This document shows, piece after piece, positions 22,489 to 35,310 of a stretch of 57,195 nucleotides of DNA. Source of the DNA: Prorocentrum cordatum (taxonomy: Eukaryota). Position 1 is the stretch's first letter, and each line of letters begins with the position of its first letter. The stretch spans positions 62,001 through 119,195 of the forward strand of contig CAUYUJ010000041.1 of assembly GCA_963575745.1 (NCBI GenBank), written 5' to 3'. A program made the translations under genes and the position numbers. Below the pieces are notes generated by a model. It was not told the origin of the DNA, made no database searches, and worked only from the letters and a program-made list of their open reading frames with translations.

Positions 22489-23625
22489 CCAACCATTTTG
22501 CCGTGTAGGGTCCTCGTTTTGAAGAGACGGTCCCCGCGTTCATCCTCTCTCCCCTTCCCTTCCTCCACCCTACTCCCGTCACCCCCTCACTTACGCACAC
22601 CCAGTACAGCGCTTCGCGGCCCCATAGGCAGCTCCACCGAAGGCCCTACTGGCACCGCCTGCATGCGTCTCCCCCTCCCGCCTCACACGCTTCGTGGCCT
22701 CATAGGGAGCTCCATCCGAGGCCCCAGTGGGGGTGCCCGCATGAGCCCCCCCCCACCTACTACAGCGCTTCGGGAGCTTCACCGAAAGCCCCAGTGGGGG
22801 GCCTGCATGCGCCCCCCTCACCCAATACAGCGCTTCGTGGCCACATGGGTAGCCCGCGTGCGCCCCCCTCTCCCGGTACAGCGCTTCGTGGTCCACTGGG
22901 AGCTCCACCGACGGCACTGGCGGGGGTGCCCGCATGCGTCCCCCCGACCCAGTACAGCGTTTCGTGGCCCCGCAGGGAGCTCCACCGAGGGCCCCAGTGA
23001 GGGTGCCCGCATGCGTCCCCCTCACACAGTCAAGCGTTTCGTGGCCCCATAGGAAGTTCCACCGAAGGCCCCAGTGGCCAGTGGGGGTGCCCGCATGCGT
23101 CCCCAACACCCAATACAGCGTTTCGTAGCTCCATATGGGAACTCTACCGAAAAACCCAGTGGGAGTGCCCGCATGCTTCCCCTCCCACACACACAGTACA
23201 GCGCTTCGTGGCCCCATAAGGAGATCCACCGAAATCCCAGTGGGTGTGCCCGCCGCGTGCGCCCCCCCCCCACCCAGTAGAGTACTTCGTGGCCCCATCG
23301 GGCGTTCCACCGAAGGTCCCAGTGGGGGTGCTCGCATGCGCCCGCCACACCCAGTCTGTACAGCTCTTTGCGGCCCCATACGCAGTTCCACCGAAGGTCT
23401 CAATGGCACCGTCCTCATGCGTGTCCCCGACCGAGTACAGCGTTCCGTGGCCCCATAGGGAATTCCACCGAAGGTCCCAGTCCCTGCGGCGCAGCCCGCA
23501 TGCGTCTCCCCCACCCAGTACAGCGTCTCGTGGCCCCACGGGGAGCTCCACCCAAGGTTTCATTGGCGCAGTCCGCGTGCGGACCCAGTACAGCGTTTCA
23601 TGGCCCCACAGGGGGTTCCACCGAA
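22489..23625. repeat. Satellite module 2: same header plus a variant array (...CAGTGGGGGTGCCCGCATGCG...)
   Basis: Header at 22489. Units share CAGCG(T/C)TTCGTGGCCCCATAGGGAGCTCCACCGAAGG with module 1. Confidence 0.9.
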
Positions 23626-23786
23626 CATGATACCGACAACCGCGGTATTCACACGTGCGTGTGGTTGAGTCCTTCGCCAGGCTAGTTTTTTGGTGGGAGG
23701 CCCATCGCCGCTTTGTTCCTGATTCCGGTTCCGGTGCCAATCCGTTGGCAAAATTTGTCACGCTTCTTGGTTTAAGCTGTACTTTC

Positions 23787-24712
23787 CCAACCATCATGTG
23801 GTGTTGGGTCTTCGTTTTGAAGAGACAGCGCCCCGCGTCTTCACTCCCGCTGCCCCCTCCCCGTCTTCCTCCCTCCTCCCCCTCCTTGTATATGCCCTCC
23901 GCGTGTCCTTGTTTCGGCACGCCCCTCACACGCTTTGTGGCCCCATAACCTGCTCCACCGAAAGCCCTAGTGTTACTGTCCACATGCGTCCGGCACACCC
24001 CTCACACGTTTCGTGGCCCCATGGGAAGTTCCACCGAAGGCCCCAGCGCCACCGTCCACATTCGTCCGCCACACAAGTTGTGGCACACCCCTCACACGCT
24101 TCGTGACCCCATGGAGGGTTCCACCGAATGACCCAGCGCCACCGTCCATATGCGTCCCCCACAACAATTTTCGGCACACCCCTCACACGCTTCGTGGCCC
24201 CATAGGGAGCTCCACCGAAGGCACCAATGCCACCGTCCATATGCGCTCCCCACTCCCATTTCGGCCCCCCCCCCTCACACGTTTCGTGGCCCCATAGGGA
24301 GCTCCACTGAAGGCCCCAGCGCCACCCTCCACATGCGTCCGCCGCACCCATTTCGGCATCCGCCTCACACGTTTCGTGGTCCCATACGGAGCTCCACCGA
24401 AGGCCCCAGTGCCACCGCCCACACGCGTCCCCCGCACAATGTCGGCACAGCCTTCACACGCTTCGTGGCCACATAGGGAGCTCCACGGAAGGTTCCACTG
24501 CCACCGTCCACATTCGTCCCCCGCACCCCTGTCGGCAAACCCCTCCTACGTTTCGTGGCCCCATGTGGAGTTCCATCGAAGGCCCCAGTGCCACCGCCCG
24601 CATGCGTCACCCGCACCCATGTTCGCACACTCCATACACATTTCGTGGCCCCATAGGGAGTTCCACCGGAAGGTTCCAGTGCCACCGTCCACATGCGGCC
24701 CCCGCACCCGTT
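23787..24712. repeat. Satellite module 3: same header plus a variant array of about 90 bp
   Basis: Header at 23787. CCTCACACG recurs about every 90 bp. Confidence 0.9.
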
Positions 24713-24949
24713 CCAGCGAAAGAGCGCGGTCTGTGGTCGTTTGGAGGGGGGGGGGGGGTGGAATCCCCACACCCTCCCGTGACCGAGGGGGGGGGTTCGA
24801 CACTCCCCCCCCATCCTCTTCCTTCCCCTGCTTCCCCTCTCCTCGGGCCGGCGCTTGCGTCGGCGGCGGCTGGCGGCAGCGGCGGGGACGACGAGGCGCC
24901 TGCGCCTGCGGCGGCGGGCGGCGGCGGCGGGGAGCGTTGACGAGGACGA

Positions 24950-25730
24950 CGGTGGTAGTGGTGGTGGTGGTGGTGGTGGTGGTGGTGGTGGTGGTGGTGG
25001 TGGTGGTGGTGGTGGTGGTGGTGGTGGTGGGTTGGTGGGGCGGTGTGGCCTTGGTGGTGGTTGTGGTGGGTGTGTGGTTTGGTGTGGTGGCGGTGGTTGT
25101 GGTGGTGGTGGGGGTTTGGTGGGGGTGGTGGTGGTTTGTGGTGGTGGTTTGTGGTTGTGGTGGTGGTTGTGGTGGTGGTGGGTTGTGGTGGTGGTGGTTT
25201 GGTGGTGGTGTGGTGGTTGTTGTGGCGGTGGTGGTGGTGGTTGCTTGTGGTGGTCGTGGTGGGTTGTGGTTATGGTGGTGGTGGTTGTGGTTGTGGTGGT
25301 GGTGGTGGTGTGTGGGTTGGCTGCTGGGTGGTGGTGGTGGGGTGGTGGTGGTGTGATCGATTGTGGTGGTGGTTGTGGTGGTGGTTGGTGGTGTGTTTTT
25401 TGTGGTGGTGGTGGTGGTGATGGGAGTTACCCGTGGTGGTGTTTGTGGTGGCTGTGGTGCTGGTGTGGTGGTGGTTTGTGGTGGGTGGTGGTGGTGGTGG
25501 TGGTGGTGGTGGTGTGGGTGGTTTGTGGTGGTGGCGGTGGGTTGCGCTGCTGGTAGTGTTTGTGGTGGTGGTGTGGTGGTGGTGTGGTGGTGGTGGTGTG
25601 GTAGATTGTGGTGGTGGTGGTAGTGGTGGTGGGTTTTTGTGGTGGTGGTTGTGATGGTGAGTTGTGGCGGTGGTAGTGGTTGTGGTGGTGGTGGCTGTGG
25701 TGGTGGTGGTGGCGGTTGTGTGGTGGGTTG

Positions 25731-25762
<32 letters not shown>

Positions 25763-26400
25763 GGTGGTGGTGGGTTGAGCGGCGGTGGTGGTTGTAGTGG
25801 TGGTGGTGGTGGTAGTGGTGGTGCGGCGGTGGTGGTTGTAGTGGTGGTGGTGGTGGTAGTGGTGGTAATCGTTGCTGCGTCCCCGCCGTCGCCGGCGCCA
25901 GCGCGGGCGCTGCTGGCCGCCGCCAGCGCCGGCGCCGGCGACGGCGGGGAGGAAGAGGAGGAGGAAGACGAGGAGGAGGAGGAGGAGGAGGAGGAGGAGG
26001 AGGAGGAGGAGGAGGAGGAGGGGGAGGGGGAGAAGGACAAGCTAGGTGCGCTCGCGTCATATCTGACGTCCTACCCCCTCCCTCCCATCCCTTACCATGG
26101 CGCTGATTTTCTCTATCCGCGGACGCGTGTCGTAGCGGACCTGTGGCTCCGCGCGCGCGTGCGTAGTGGGTGGTGGTGCACGTGCGTGCGTGCGTGCGTG
26201 TGTGCGTGGTTGTGTGGGGGTGGTGGTGGTGGTGGTGGTAGTGGTGGTGTTGGTGGTGGTGGTGGTGATGGTGGTGGTGCTGGTGGTGGTGGTGCTGGTG
26301 CTGGTGGTGGTGGTGTTGGTACTGGTGCTGGTGCTGGTGGTGGTTGTGGTGGTGGTGGTGGTGGTGGTGATGGTGGTGGTGGTGGCGGTGCGGCGCGGTG
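24950..26400. repeat. Degenerate (GGT)n/(GTT)n low-complexity tract
   Basis: Direct reading. Interrupted by GC-rich and (GGA)n segments at 25870-26215. Confidence 0.9.
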
Positions 26401-27271
26401 GTGGCGGGCGGATGGGCGCGCGAGAAAAAGGCCCGCGCTGGGGCGAGAACGCCATCCTGAACGACGGAGGCCAAACACCGACCGAAAATTAGGCCCACGC
26501 TGCAGCGGGAGCACGATTCGGAACGAGTCGGGAGCAGAAATGAAGCCGGCGCCTCAACGAGTGCAGCATTTTGGGAAAAAATGAGCCGGCGCCTCAGCGA
26601 GAGTCGTTTCCTAGGATTTCCCGGGCATCCTGTGTGTAAAAAAACAGTACGCGGAGGGTGCGCGGCCATCACCCGGACGCCATCAGGGGAAGAGGGAGAG
26701 TATTTTCATATTGAGTAATTGTGGAGGAGGAGGAGCAGGAGCAGGAGGAGGAGCAGGAGGAGGAGCAGGAGGTCCCCGCGTCGGTGCCCGAGGGACGGGG
26801 GTCAATGCAAACGGGCGCCAGCCAGAGCGCCGGATCCTCCAGGCTCTTGCGGAGCCAGGGGTGCATCGACCCAGGCCTACGTGCAGGAACTTGCGGGATC
26901 CTGCAGTTTTTTTTTTGGAGGAGGAGGAGGAGGAGGAGGATAATCAGAAGAAGGAGGAGGAGGAGGAGAAAAATAGTAAGAGGAATAATCATAAACATAA
27001 GAAGAAGAATAAACAGAAGAATAAGAAGAATAAACATAAGAAGAAGAGGGAGAAGAAGAGGAGGAGTTGGAGGAGGGGGAGGGTGAGGAGGAGGAGGAGG
27101 AGGAGTTGGATGAGGAGGAGGAGCAGGAGGAGGAGGATAATCAGAAGGAGGAGGAGGAGGAGGAGGGCCAGTGCGTCCCCGACCGCGGACCCACCTGCGC
27201 CAGACCCGCCCTTCTGACGCAGAGACTCTCGGCTCTTCGCCCCCGCCGGCCGGTCGCGCGGGCGCCGGTAG

Positions 27272-27324
27272 GCCGGCGGCCTCGTGCAGACGAAGCCCAA
27301 CGACCCGTGGGCCTGGAGCACCGG
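27272..27324 (+). CDS. Candidate micro-exon: AGGLVQTKPNDPWAWST(G)
   Basis: TAG|G acceptor, all 17 codons end in G/C, GG|GT donor at 27325. The phase-0 start is compatible with the donor at 18804. Confidence 0.45.
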
Positions 27325-28616
27325 GTGCGCACCGCCCCCGTCGCCACGCGATCGGGGCGATCGAGATCGGCACTCCGCTTGTGGTGTCAGAGGAGCAAGA
27401 GGTCATGATATGATACGTTCCAGGATTTCCCAGGTTTCCCGGGTGTCCCATGTTTCCTCATGCTTCGCCCTTGCTGTGCCGCCAGACGCCCTGGAAAGCC
27501 CGGAACGTATCCTCAGCCAATCGGATCACGTGATCGGGACGATCGAGATCGGCATGTCATGTTTGTCGGCGGCGAGCGAGGGGGGGGGGAATGCGCGGCT
27601 TCGCTGTCGGCGGGCCTGTCGCCGATCCATCCGCGATGTATCGCCGACGTCAGGTTATTCCCTCGAGCTGCACCTTACAGCACCGCTTGCGCGGCAGGTG
27701 CCGCGCTGCGTGGCCGCATGGCGGCGGCACCCATACCTCGCCGCAGTGTTCCGCCCTGCCCCGTCTGTCCAACATGAATACCATGGCGGGGTCGATACGT
27801 TTTGCGTCGTTTCGCTTCATGCGTGCTACCATCGCCTCTTTTTACTTCTTGAGGCGAAGGAGCGAGCGCCAGGATGATTGGGCCATGTTGACCCATGTAA
27901 GCGCGGCAGTTGAGGAGAGCGAGTTTTTCCTCGCGCAAGGCAGTCGGCGTCGGGAGCCAGATGTGCACTGGACTCCCAGGGAAACGTCAGCGCGACGCTC
28001 CTGGATCGTAGAAGAATGGTGGCTGGTGCGCGGAAACTCCCTGGAGTGCATGCGGTTCGCTGGAAGCATGCATCTGTGGACTCCCAGTACGCTTGGAGCG
28101 CGTCACTGCTTCCAGCATCGAATGGGCTTCCCTTTGCCTTCACGTTCGGCGGCGGGCCGAAAGCCTCTTCTACTGCATCAGCGGACTGACAACTGTTGGC
28201 TGATGTGAGTCGTACGCCATGTACATTTTGATACAAAGCATACAAGTTCTGACGTAGAATAGGCATTCATGTTGATCGTAAAGGCATGCGGATCCGCCTT
28301 ACATTGCGCCGATTTTTTATTCCTTTGGATTCGGGAAGGTCGAAGCTGAGGGCGCGTTCGCCCTAAATGTGGTGTGATTTCGGCCTGACTGGCTACCCTG
28401 ACGCGCCCTAGAGTTATGCACGGTTCCGAAGCGCGGTCTGTGCATCTAAGAGTCTGAGTCGCTGTGAGAGCAGCAGCCGCTCCCAGCCGTGTTCTCTGGT
28501 AATCGGTCAGCCCTGCCAGCAATGCACGGAATCGCAGGAATGGAATGGAGGCTCATTGCGCAGCCGCGCCGTTTTCTCAGTGTTCGGCAGCACAGCCACA
28601 TCCGCGCTCCCAGCCC

Positions 28617-28698
<82 letters not shown>

Positions 28699-28969
28699 CA
28701 TCATGGTGATGATGATGCTGATGACGATGGTGATGGTGATGGTGATGGTGATGTTGATGATGAAGATGACGATGAAGATAAAGACTAAGATGATGATGAG
28801 GATGATGAGGCTGATGAGGATGACGATGACGATGATGATGATGATGAGGATGATGAGGATGATGAGGAGGAGGAGGAGGAGGAGGAGGATGAGGATGAGG
28901 ATGAGGATGAGGATGAGGATGATTATGAGGATGAGGATGAGGATGATTATGATGCTGCTGCTGATGATC

Positions 28970-29045
<76 letters not shown>

Positions 29046-29070
29046 GGACGGTGATGGCCACGTGGCGTGC

Positions 29071-29189
29071 CTCTCTTCGGCCCCCTGGCGCGCCTCTCCT
29101 TCGGCCACGTGGCCGTCCGCCGCGTTCTCTTCTTGTTCGTCGTCGTCGGCCCGGCGTTCCTGCTCGTCCCTGTCCGAGACCCCCTCGCG
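29071..29189 (-). CDS. Low-confidence candidate exon: REGVSDRDEQERRADDDEQEENAADGHVAEGEARQGAEE
   Basis: CTACAG| acceptor and GAGAG|GC donor on the minus strand, acidic protein-like composition. Orientation is opposite to the other candidates. Confidence 0.25.
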
Positions 29190-29828
29190 CTGTAGAACGA
29201 TCTCACCGGAAGGTTTTTCTGTCTTTCGGGCTTCCAGGGGACTTTTTACCGCGCCCCGGGCCGTCAAAAAACGACTCATGATGTGAAACCGTTCCCTGGG
29301 AATGGGTCGAGAATTTTGGGCATGGACGTGATGAGCCAATCATGTCGTCTGTGGTCTGGGGTGGTCCCACGTCTCCCTCTGGTCATCCACTTCGCTTCGA
29401 GCTGTTTGCCCAGGGGCCTGCAGACAGTCCGCGGCCGTGCCAGCTCAGCGAGTTGTATGCCGACCTTTCGAGCACCGCCCTTCTGGCAGTCACATGCCAC
29501 GCCTTTCGTCTGCACTTCGTGCGGAGCTCTCATGGGCTCATGGGGCTTATTAGGGCCGTCTTGTAGCTGTCTAGGGCTCCTGTCGGGCAATATTTGGTCT
29601 CCCTTAGGGCCCTCTTGTGCCGCCTTGGGGCTCTCTTGGGCCCGCCGTAGCGCCGTCTTACGTAGGCCGTCTGTGGTTCCTCTGTAGACCCTGTTGGGCC
29701 AGTTTGGTGCTCTCAGACGGCTTGGTGTGCTTTCGAAGGCCGCAAGGCGGCGACCTTGGACCGGAGGGTGTGGAAATGTGAACAGCGTGAAAAGCCAGCG
29801 GGGAATCCATGGTTTTGGCCTCGAGGGC

Positions 29829-30576
29829 ATCCTGGAGAGCGTCTTTGGGGGTGTCTTGGGCTTGGAGGTCTCTAGGCACCTGCCCTGAGATCCGACGTTG
29901 CCAACAAAATTGCAACATCGCAAACAATCACGCTGAGCCCCGGACCCCATCTTTCTGCGTCATTTCTTGCGCCGGCTCGATTTGCGAAGGCCCCGGGGCA
30001 CGCCCGTTGTGAAAAAATTGCAACGCCAGAATCTCAGGGTACTATTACTGGGCGCTTCTGAGGGTGCTCCAGGGTGCGTTATGAGGACAAATCCCGGAGG
30101 CCTCGCGCGGCGCGTAGTAGTTGTATTACCCAGTCCGCACGTCGGCTCCGTAAGCTATGCTATGGTTCGACGCTCGCCCGGCGAAGCTCTGGCGCCAGTC
30201 CGACGCAAATCCGACGCAATTCCGATGCAATCCGACGTGAACCCGACGTAAATCCGACGTGGATCCGACTTAAATCGGGTCTCAAGTTACCGCGCGAGGC
30301 CTCCAGGATTTTCTTCAGAATGTCACGGCACGAACCTGCCGCACCGTGAGGATTGCCTTCTAGAGATCTGGGCCCCCTCCATGCCGACGGAGCAGAAGCG
30401 GCCAGTCCCCCGGAAGCTGCGTTTGGCCGCCCTCTGACCCGGCGGTGGCGGCGAGGAGGAGGCCCAGACATGGCCCCCCCAAATGCGAAGAAGCTCGATC
30501 CTCGCACCTCGGGCGGGGATCCTCGACCCTTGCTCCTGGAAAGCTCGATCGTCAAGCCTCGATCCCCGATCCTCGA
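29829..30576 (+). repeat. About 750-bp composite repeat, copy 1 (copy 2 at 34066-34820)
   Basis: Collinear, highly similar sequence from ATCCTGGAGAGCGTCTTTGG to CCCCGATCCTCGA. Its CTGAGATCCGACG...TTCTGCGTCAT part also occurs at about 540-650 and 11343-11430. Confidence 0.9.
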
Positions 30577-32500
30577 GGCCTCCAGGATTTTCTTAAGAAG
30601 GTGCGTCTGGAGACGATCGTGGCCCGTCCTGGCGATCTTGGTGGCCTGCCTGGGCCGCCTCTCGGCAGTCTCCGGGAGCCCCTGGAGGGGTTTCCAGGGA
30701 GCCGTCGGGCCGCCTGGGAAGCCTCGGTAGGGGGAGGGGGGAGGGGAAGGAGGAGGGAAAGGGGGGAGGAGGAGGAGGAGGAGGAGGAGGAGGAGGAGGA
30801 GGAGGAGGAGGAGGAGGAGGAGGAGGAGGAATAATAATAACAATATCCGCAATTATATTCACGTCAGCAACAATATGAACATCAATATCAATACTATGAT
30901 GGTATGAGTTCTAACATATAGATATACGAATAGGTGCAGCAATCATATGAGTAATATAGATCGTAAGAATAAAACGAATGAGAAGACTAATCATATAAGA
31001 TGAAGATAAATAGTAATCATCTGAACAATATTGATACGAAGCCACTACTGATACAACTAATTATAGAACACTGAGAAAAGGAGGGGGAGGAGGGCGAGGA
31101 GGAGGAGGAGGAGTTGGACAGGAGGGGGAAACCATCCTGGCGCGGTGGTGCACGCATCGCCCCCATCTCCCAAGGCTCGCTTGGAAAGCCCCGACGCCAC
31201 CCCGACGCCCCTTGGGTGCGTGCTGAATTTTGTGACGAGAGAGGGGAGCCCCTCAGAAGATTTACAGAAACCCTGCCAGGCAGCGCTTGGCATTCTGCCA
31301 CGCCTCCACGTGCCAAGGGCCAGGGTGGCGGATAGTCCTTCTCTTCACATGCTTCGGGCGAGTGCTAACTTGACGCGCGTCGCGCCCAGGCATGCGGCGT
31401 ATTACGCCCAAGTCAAGGACAAGGCGTCTGACAAGGACGCCATGCACTTTTCAGTATTTTTTTATCATTACGGATCTGGGCATCCCTCCATCCCGCCACA
31501 TGGTTTGTTTGCCATGGTCATAGACAATACTTCTAACGCCAGGTGAGGGAGCCTGGGCTCCCAAGATTGGTGACCCATCGCGCCCCCCCTGTCGTGATGT
31601 GTGTGGACGCAGTGGAGGGTCATCTGCCACAGGGGGGCCACTCCCAAGACGCTGGATGTCTGGGCAGATCGGCCAAGACGCAGGAGAACATGTCCGCTCT
31701 GGGCTCGGAAAAGGAGGGGCTCGGGTGATCGTTTTCTTATTCATTGTTTTGCCGATCGGCGCAGGCCCTCCTACCCCCCCTCCCCCCCCTTGTGGAGCAG
31801 ATCTTGGCTGCTTTTGGCGCCTGTTTCGAGCGAGCAGGTGGAGTCTCCCCCGTGGGACCCCTGCCGCAAACAGTCGCGTGAAGCAGAGGTCCAGGGCCAG
31901 ACCCCCCGAACCTCCGCTCCCCCTTCCGCCCAATGTTCGGAGGCTGATAGACCTGCCACGCTGACAAGTCGATTAGCGACTTGGCCGTCTTCGGCTCGCG
32001 CGGCCGTCATTTTTGCTGGTCCAGGTCCGTTGGTTTCGGTCCTTGGCCAGTTTCACGAAAGGGTGGTTTACCAAAGGGAGGTTTGTCCACCGCCGACTGC
32101 GCTCCTTGTGGCAGCACGATGGCTGTGCCCCACCAGGGTCCGTGTCGAACTGGTCCGATCTCGATCCAGCGTGACACAGCTTGCCCCCCCCCCCGGAGCC
32201 CCGCGGGCAATGAAAGCATCATGACGGGAGGTTTTTAATAGTTCTCGGCCTCCGGGGGCCCTTCTCGGGCCTCGGGACCGTCAAACAACGACTCGGGACG
32301 AGAAACCAGTCCTGAGGAATGGGTCGAGGACCTCCTCCTCCTCCTCCTCCTTTTCCTCCCCTCCTCCTCCTCCTCCTCCTCTCCTCCTCCTCCGCTCCTC
32401 CTCCTCCTCCTCCTCCTCCTCCTCCTCCTCCTCCCTCCTTCCTCCTCCTCCTCCTCCTCCTCCTCCTCCTCCTCCCTCCTCCTCCTCCTCCTCCTCCTCC

Positions 32501-32536
<36 letters not shown>

Positions 32537-32629
32537 ATTTCCTCCTCCTCCTCCTCCTCCTCCTCCTCCTCCTCCTCTTCATCCTCCCTCCTCCCTCCTC
32601 CCTCCTCCTCCCTCCTCCTCCTTCCTCCC

Positions 32630-33179
32630 TCCTCATCCCTCTTCCCCCCTTCTGGGGGTCGACGTCATGGAACAAATACTGACGTCGGGAGTCTGGGCCC
32701 CAGAGGCGTCGCGGGGCGTCGCGCGCCTGGCTGTAGACTGAGTGCTTATCCTTCTCCTCCTCCTCCTCCTCCTCCTCCTCCCTTTCTCCTCTTCCTCCTC
32801 TTCCTCCTCCCTCCTCTCCCTTCCTCCCTTCCTACTCCTCTCCTCCTCCCTCCTCCTCCTCCTCCTCCTCCCCTCCTCCTCCCTTTCCTCCTCCTCCGCC
32901 TCCTCCTCCTCCGTTTCCCCTCCTCCTCCAATCCTCCTCCTTTTCCTCCACTTCCTCCTCCTCCTCCTCCTCGTCCTCCTCCTCTCCTCCTCTCCTCCTC
33001 CTCCTCCTCCTCCTCCTCCTCCTCCTCCTTTTCCTCCTCTCCCTCCTCCTCCTCCTCCTCCCCTCCTCCTCCCTCCTCCTCCTCCTCCTCCTCCTCCTCC
33101 TCCTCCTTCCTCCTCCCTCTTTCCTCTCCTCCTTCCTCCTCCTCCTCCTCCTCTCCTCCTCCTCCTCCTCCTCCTCCTC

Positions 33180-33239
<60 letters not shown>

Positions 33240-33470
33240 CATCATCATTCCTCTCCCTCCTCCCTCCTCCTCCTCCTCCCTCCTCCTCTTCATCTCCCTC
33301 CTCCCTCCTCCCTCCTCCCTCCCTCCTCCTCCTCCTTCCTCCCTCCTCATCCCTCTTCCCCCTTCTGGGGGGTCGACGTCATGGAAACAATACTGACGTC
33401 GGAGTCTGGGCCCCAGAGGCGTCGCGGGGCGTCGCGCGCCTGGCTGTAGACTGAGTGCTTATCCTTCTCC
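32630..33470 (+). repeat. Tandem duplication (period about 713 bp) of a unique 130-bp block embedded in CCT/CAT tracts
   Basis: GGGGTCGACGTCATGGAA...GGCTGTAGACTGAGTGCTTATCC occurs at about 32655-32751 and 33369-33464. Confidence 0.85.
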
Positions 33471-34065
33471 TCCTCCTCCTCCTCCTCCTCCCTTTCCTCC
33501 TCTTCTCCTCTTCCTCCTCCCTCCCTCCTCCTCCTCTTCCTCCTCCCTCCCTCCTCCCCTCCTCCTCCTCCTCCTCCTCCTCCTCCCTCCTTCCTCCTCC
33601 GCCTCCTCCTCCTCCGTTTCCTCCTCCTCCTCCCAATCCTCCTCCTTTTCCTCCACTTCCTCCTCCTCCTCCTCCTCCTCGTCCTCCTCCTCTCCTCCTC
33701 TTCCTCCTCCTCCTCCTCCTCCTCCTCCTCCTCCTCCTCCTGCTCCTCTTTCTGCCCCCACCCCACACCAGGGTCCGTTTTTCGGTGTTATCCGACGTTC
33801 TCGCGCTCCCAGGCGTTCACTGGGCAGCCCTGCACTTTTTGCTTCCTTCTTCTCGGGCGCCCACGGTGGGTCCGCGCCGTGCCCTCTGGGCAGAGAAACC
33901 CCGCCGCGGGCGTTCCAGGCTGCGTGCGCATCGCCAGGGGCCCAGAACCGCCCAGCGTGGAACGACTCGGCGCTCGAAAAGCCGCCACGGCGCTCGAGGT
34001 GGAACGACCCACGCGTGGTCAGAAACCCGCGCGCGGACCGTCGCATATGAGGAACATCGCAACCA

Positions 34066-34820
34066 ATCCTGGAGAGCGTCTTTGGGGGTGTCTTGGGATT
34101 GGAGGTCTCTAGGCACCTGCCCTGAGATCCGACGTTGCCAACAAAATTGCAACATCGCAAACAATCACGCTGAGCCCCGGACCCCATCTTTCTGCGTCAT
34201 CTTTTGCGCCGGCTCGATTTGCGAAGGCCCCGGGGCCCGAACTTGAGGGAGCACGCCCGTTGTGAAAAAATTGCAACGCCAGAATCTCTGGGTACTATTA
34301 CTGGGCGCTTCTGAGGGTGCTCCAGGGTGCGTTATGAGGACAAATCCCGGAGGCCTCGCGCGGCGCGTAATAGTAGTATGATCTAGTCCACGTGTCAGTT
34401 CCGTAAGCTATGGGTCGACGCTCGCGCGGCGATGCTCCGGAGTCAGTCCGACGTAAGCCCGACGTAAGCCCGACGTGATCCGACGTGAACCCGATGTAAA
34501 TCCGACGCGGATCCGACGCAAGTCGGGTCTCAAGTTGCCGCGCGAGGCCTCCAGGATTTTCTTCAGAATGTCACGGCACGAACCTGCCGCACCGTGAGGA
34601 TTGCCTTCTAGAGATTTGGGCCCCCTCCATGCCGACGGAGCAGAAGCGGCCAGTCCCCCGGAAGCTGCGTTTGGCCGCCCTCTGACCCGGCGGTGGCGGC
34701 GAGGGGGCCAGACATGGCCCCCCCAGATGCGAAGAAGCTCGATCCTCGCACCTCGGGTGGGGATCCTCGACCCTTGCTCCTGGAAAGCTCGATCGTCAAG
34801 CCTCGATCCCCGATCCTCGA
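34066..34820 (+). repeat. About 750-bp composite repeat, copy 2
   Basis: Collinear with 29829-30576. Confidence 0.9.
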
Positions 34821-35099
34821 TGGGTCCTCGAAAGCCCCAGCCTCGCACCTCGATCCTCGACGTCTCTCTATCCCCGAAGCTCGGTCCCCGAGCCTTGAGC
34901 TTGAGCCTCGAGCCTCGATCCTCGAAAGCTCGCCAAGCGCGAGCCTCGCATCCTCGATCACCGGGAGCCTCCAGCTGCACCCTCGAAGGCTCGATCCTCG
35001 ATCCTCGAACCTCGCTCACCGCCAGCTCCTCGGGTCCCGATCCTCGCTGGATCCCCATCCTGGGCAGCTCGGCCCTCGCCGGCTCGATCCTCGCGCGAG

Positions 35100-35310
35100 C
35101 CCCCCCGGGCAGCAAAACGGCCGGCCCGCCCAGAAGCGGCGCGGGGCGTCGCGCTCCCGCTCTCGCCGCGGCGACGCCCGCGGCGACGCGGCGCCCGCCG
35201 GGCCGCCCCGGGGCTCCAGGTCGCGCTCGCGCGGCGGGGAGGCGGAGCGCAGGCGCTCGGGGGGCGGCCGGCCAGGGGCGCGCTCGGCAGCAGAGACCCG
35301 GGAGCCTCGG
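35100..35310 (+). CDS. Candidate exon with RS-rich low-complexity peptide (QKRRGASRSRSRRGD...GSRSRSRGGEAERRRS)
   Basis: High GC3 in the frame of ORF 34693..35388. Two SRSRSR motifs use varied codons, so they are not a DNA repeat. Boundaries uncertain. Confidence 0.35.

Noticed and set aside
20585..24712. CRISPR-like array
   Set aside because: The variable parts of the units are homologous to each other rather than unique spacers. There are no cas genes and the context is eukaryotic, so this is a satellite.
29829..34820. LTR retrotransposon
   Set aside because: No TG...CA termini, PBS/PPT, TSD or gag/pol remnants identified.
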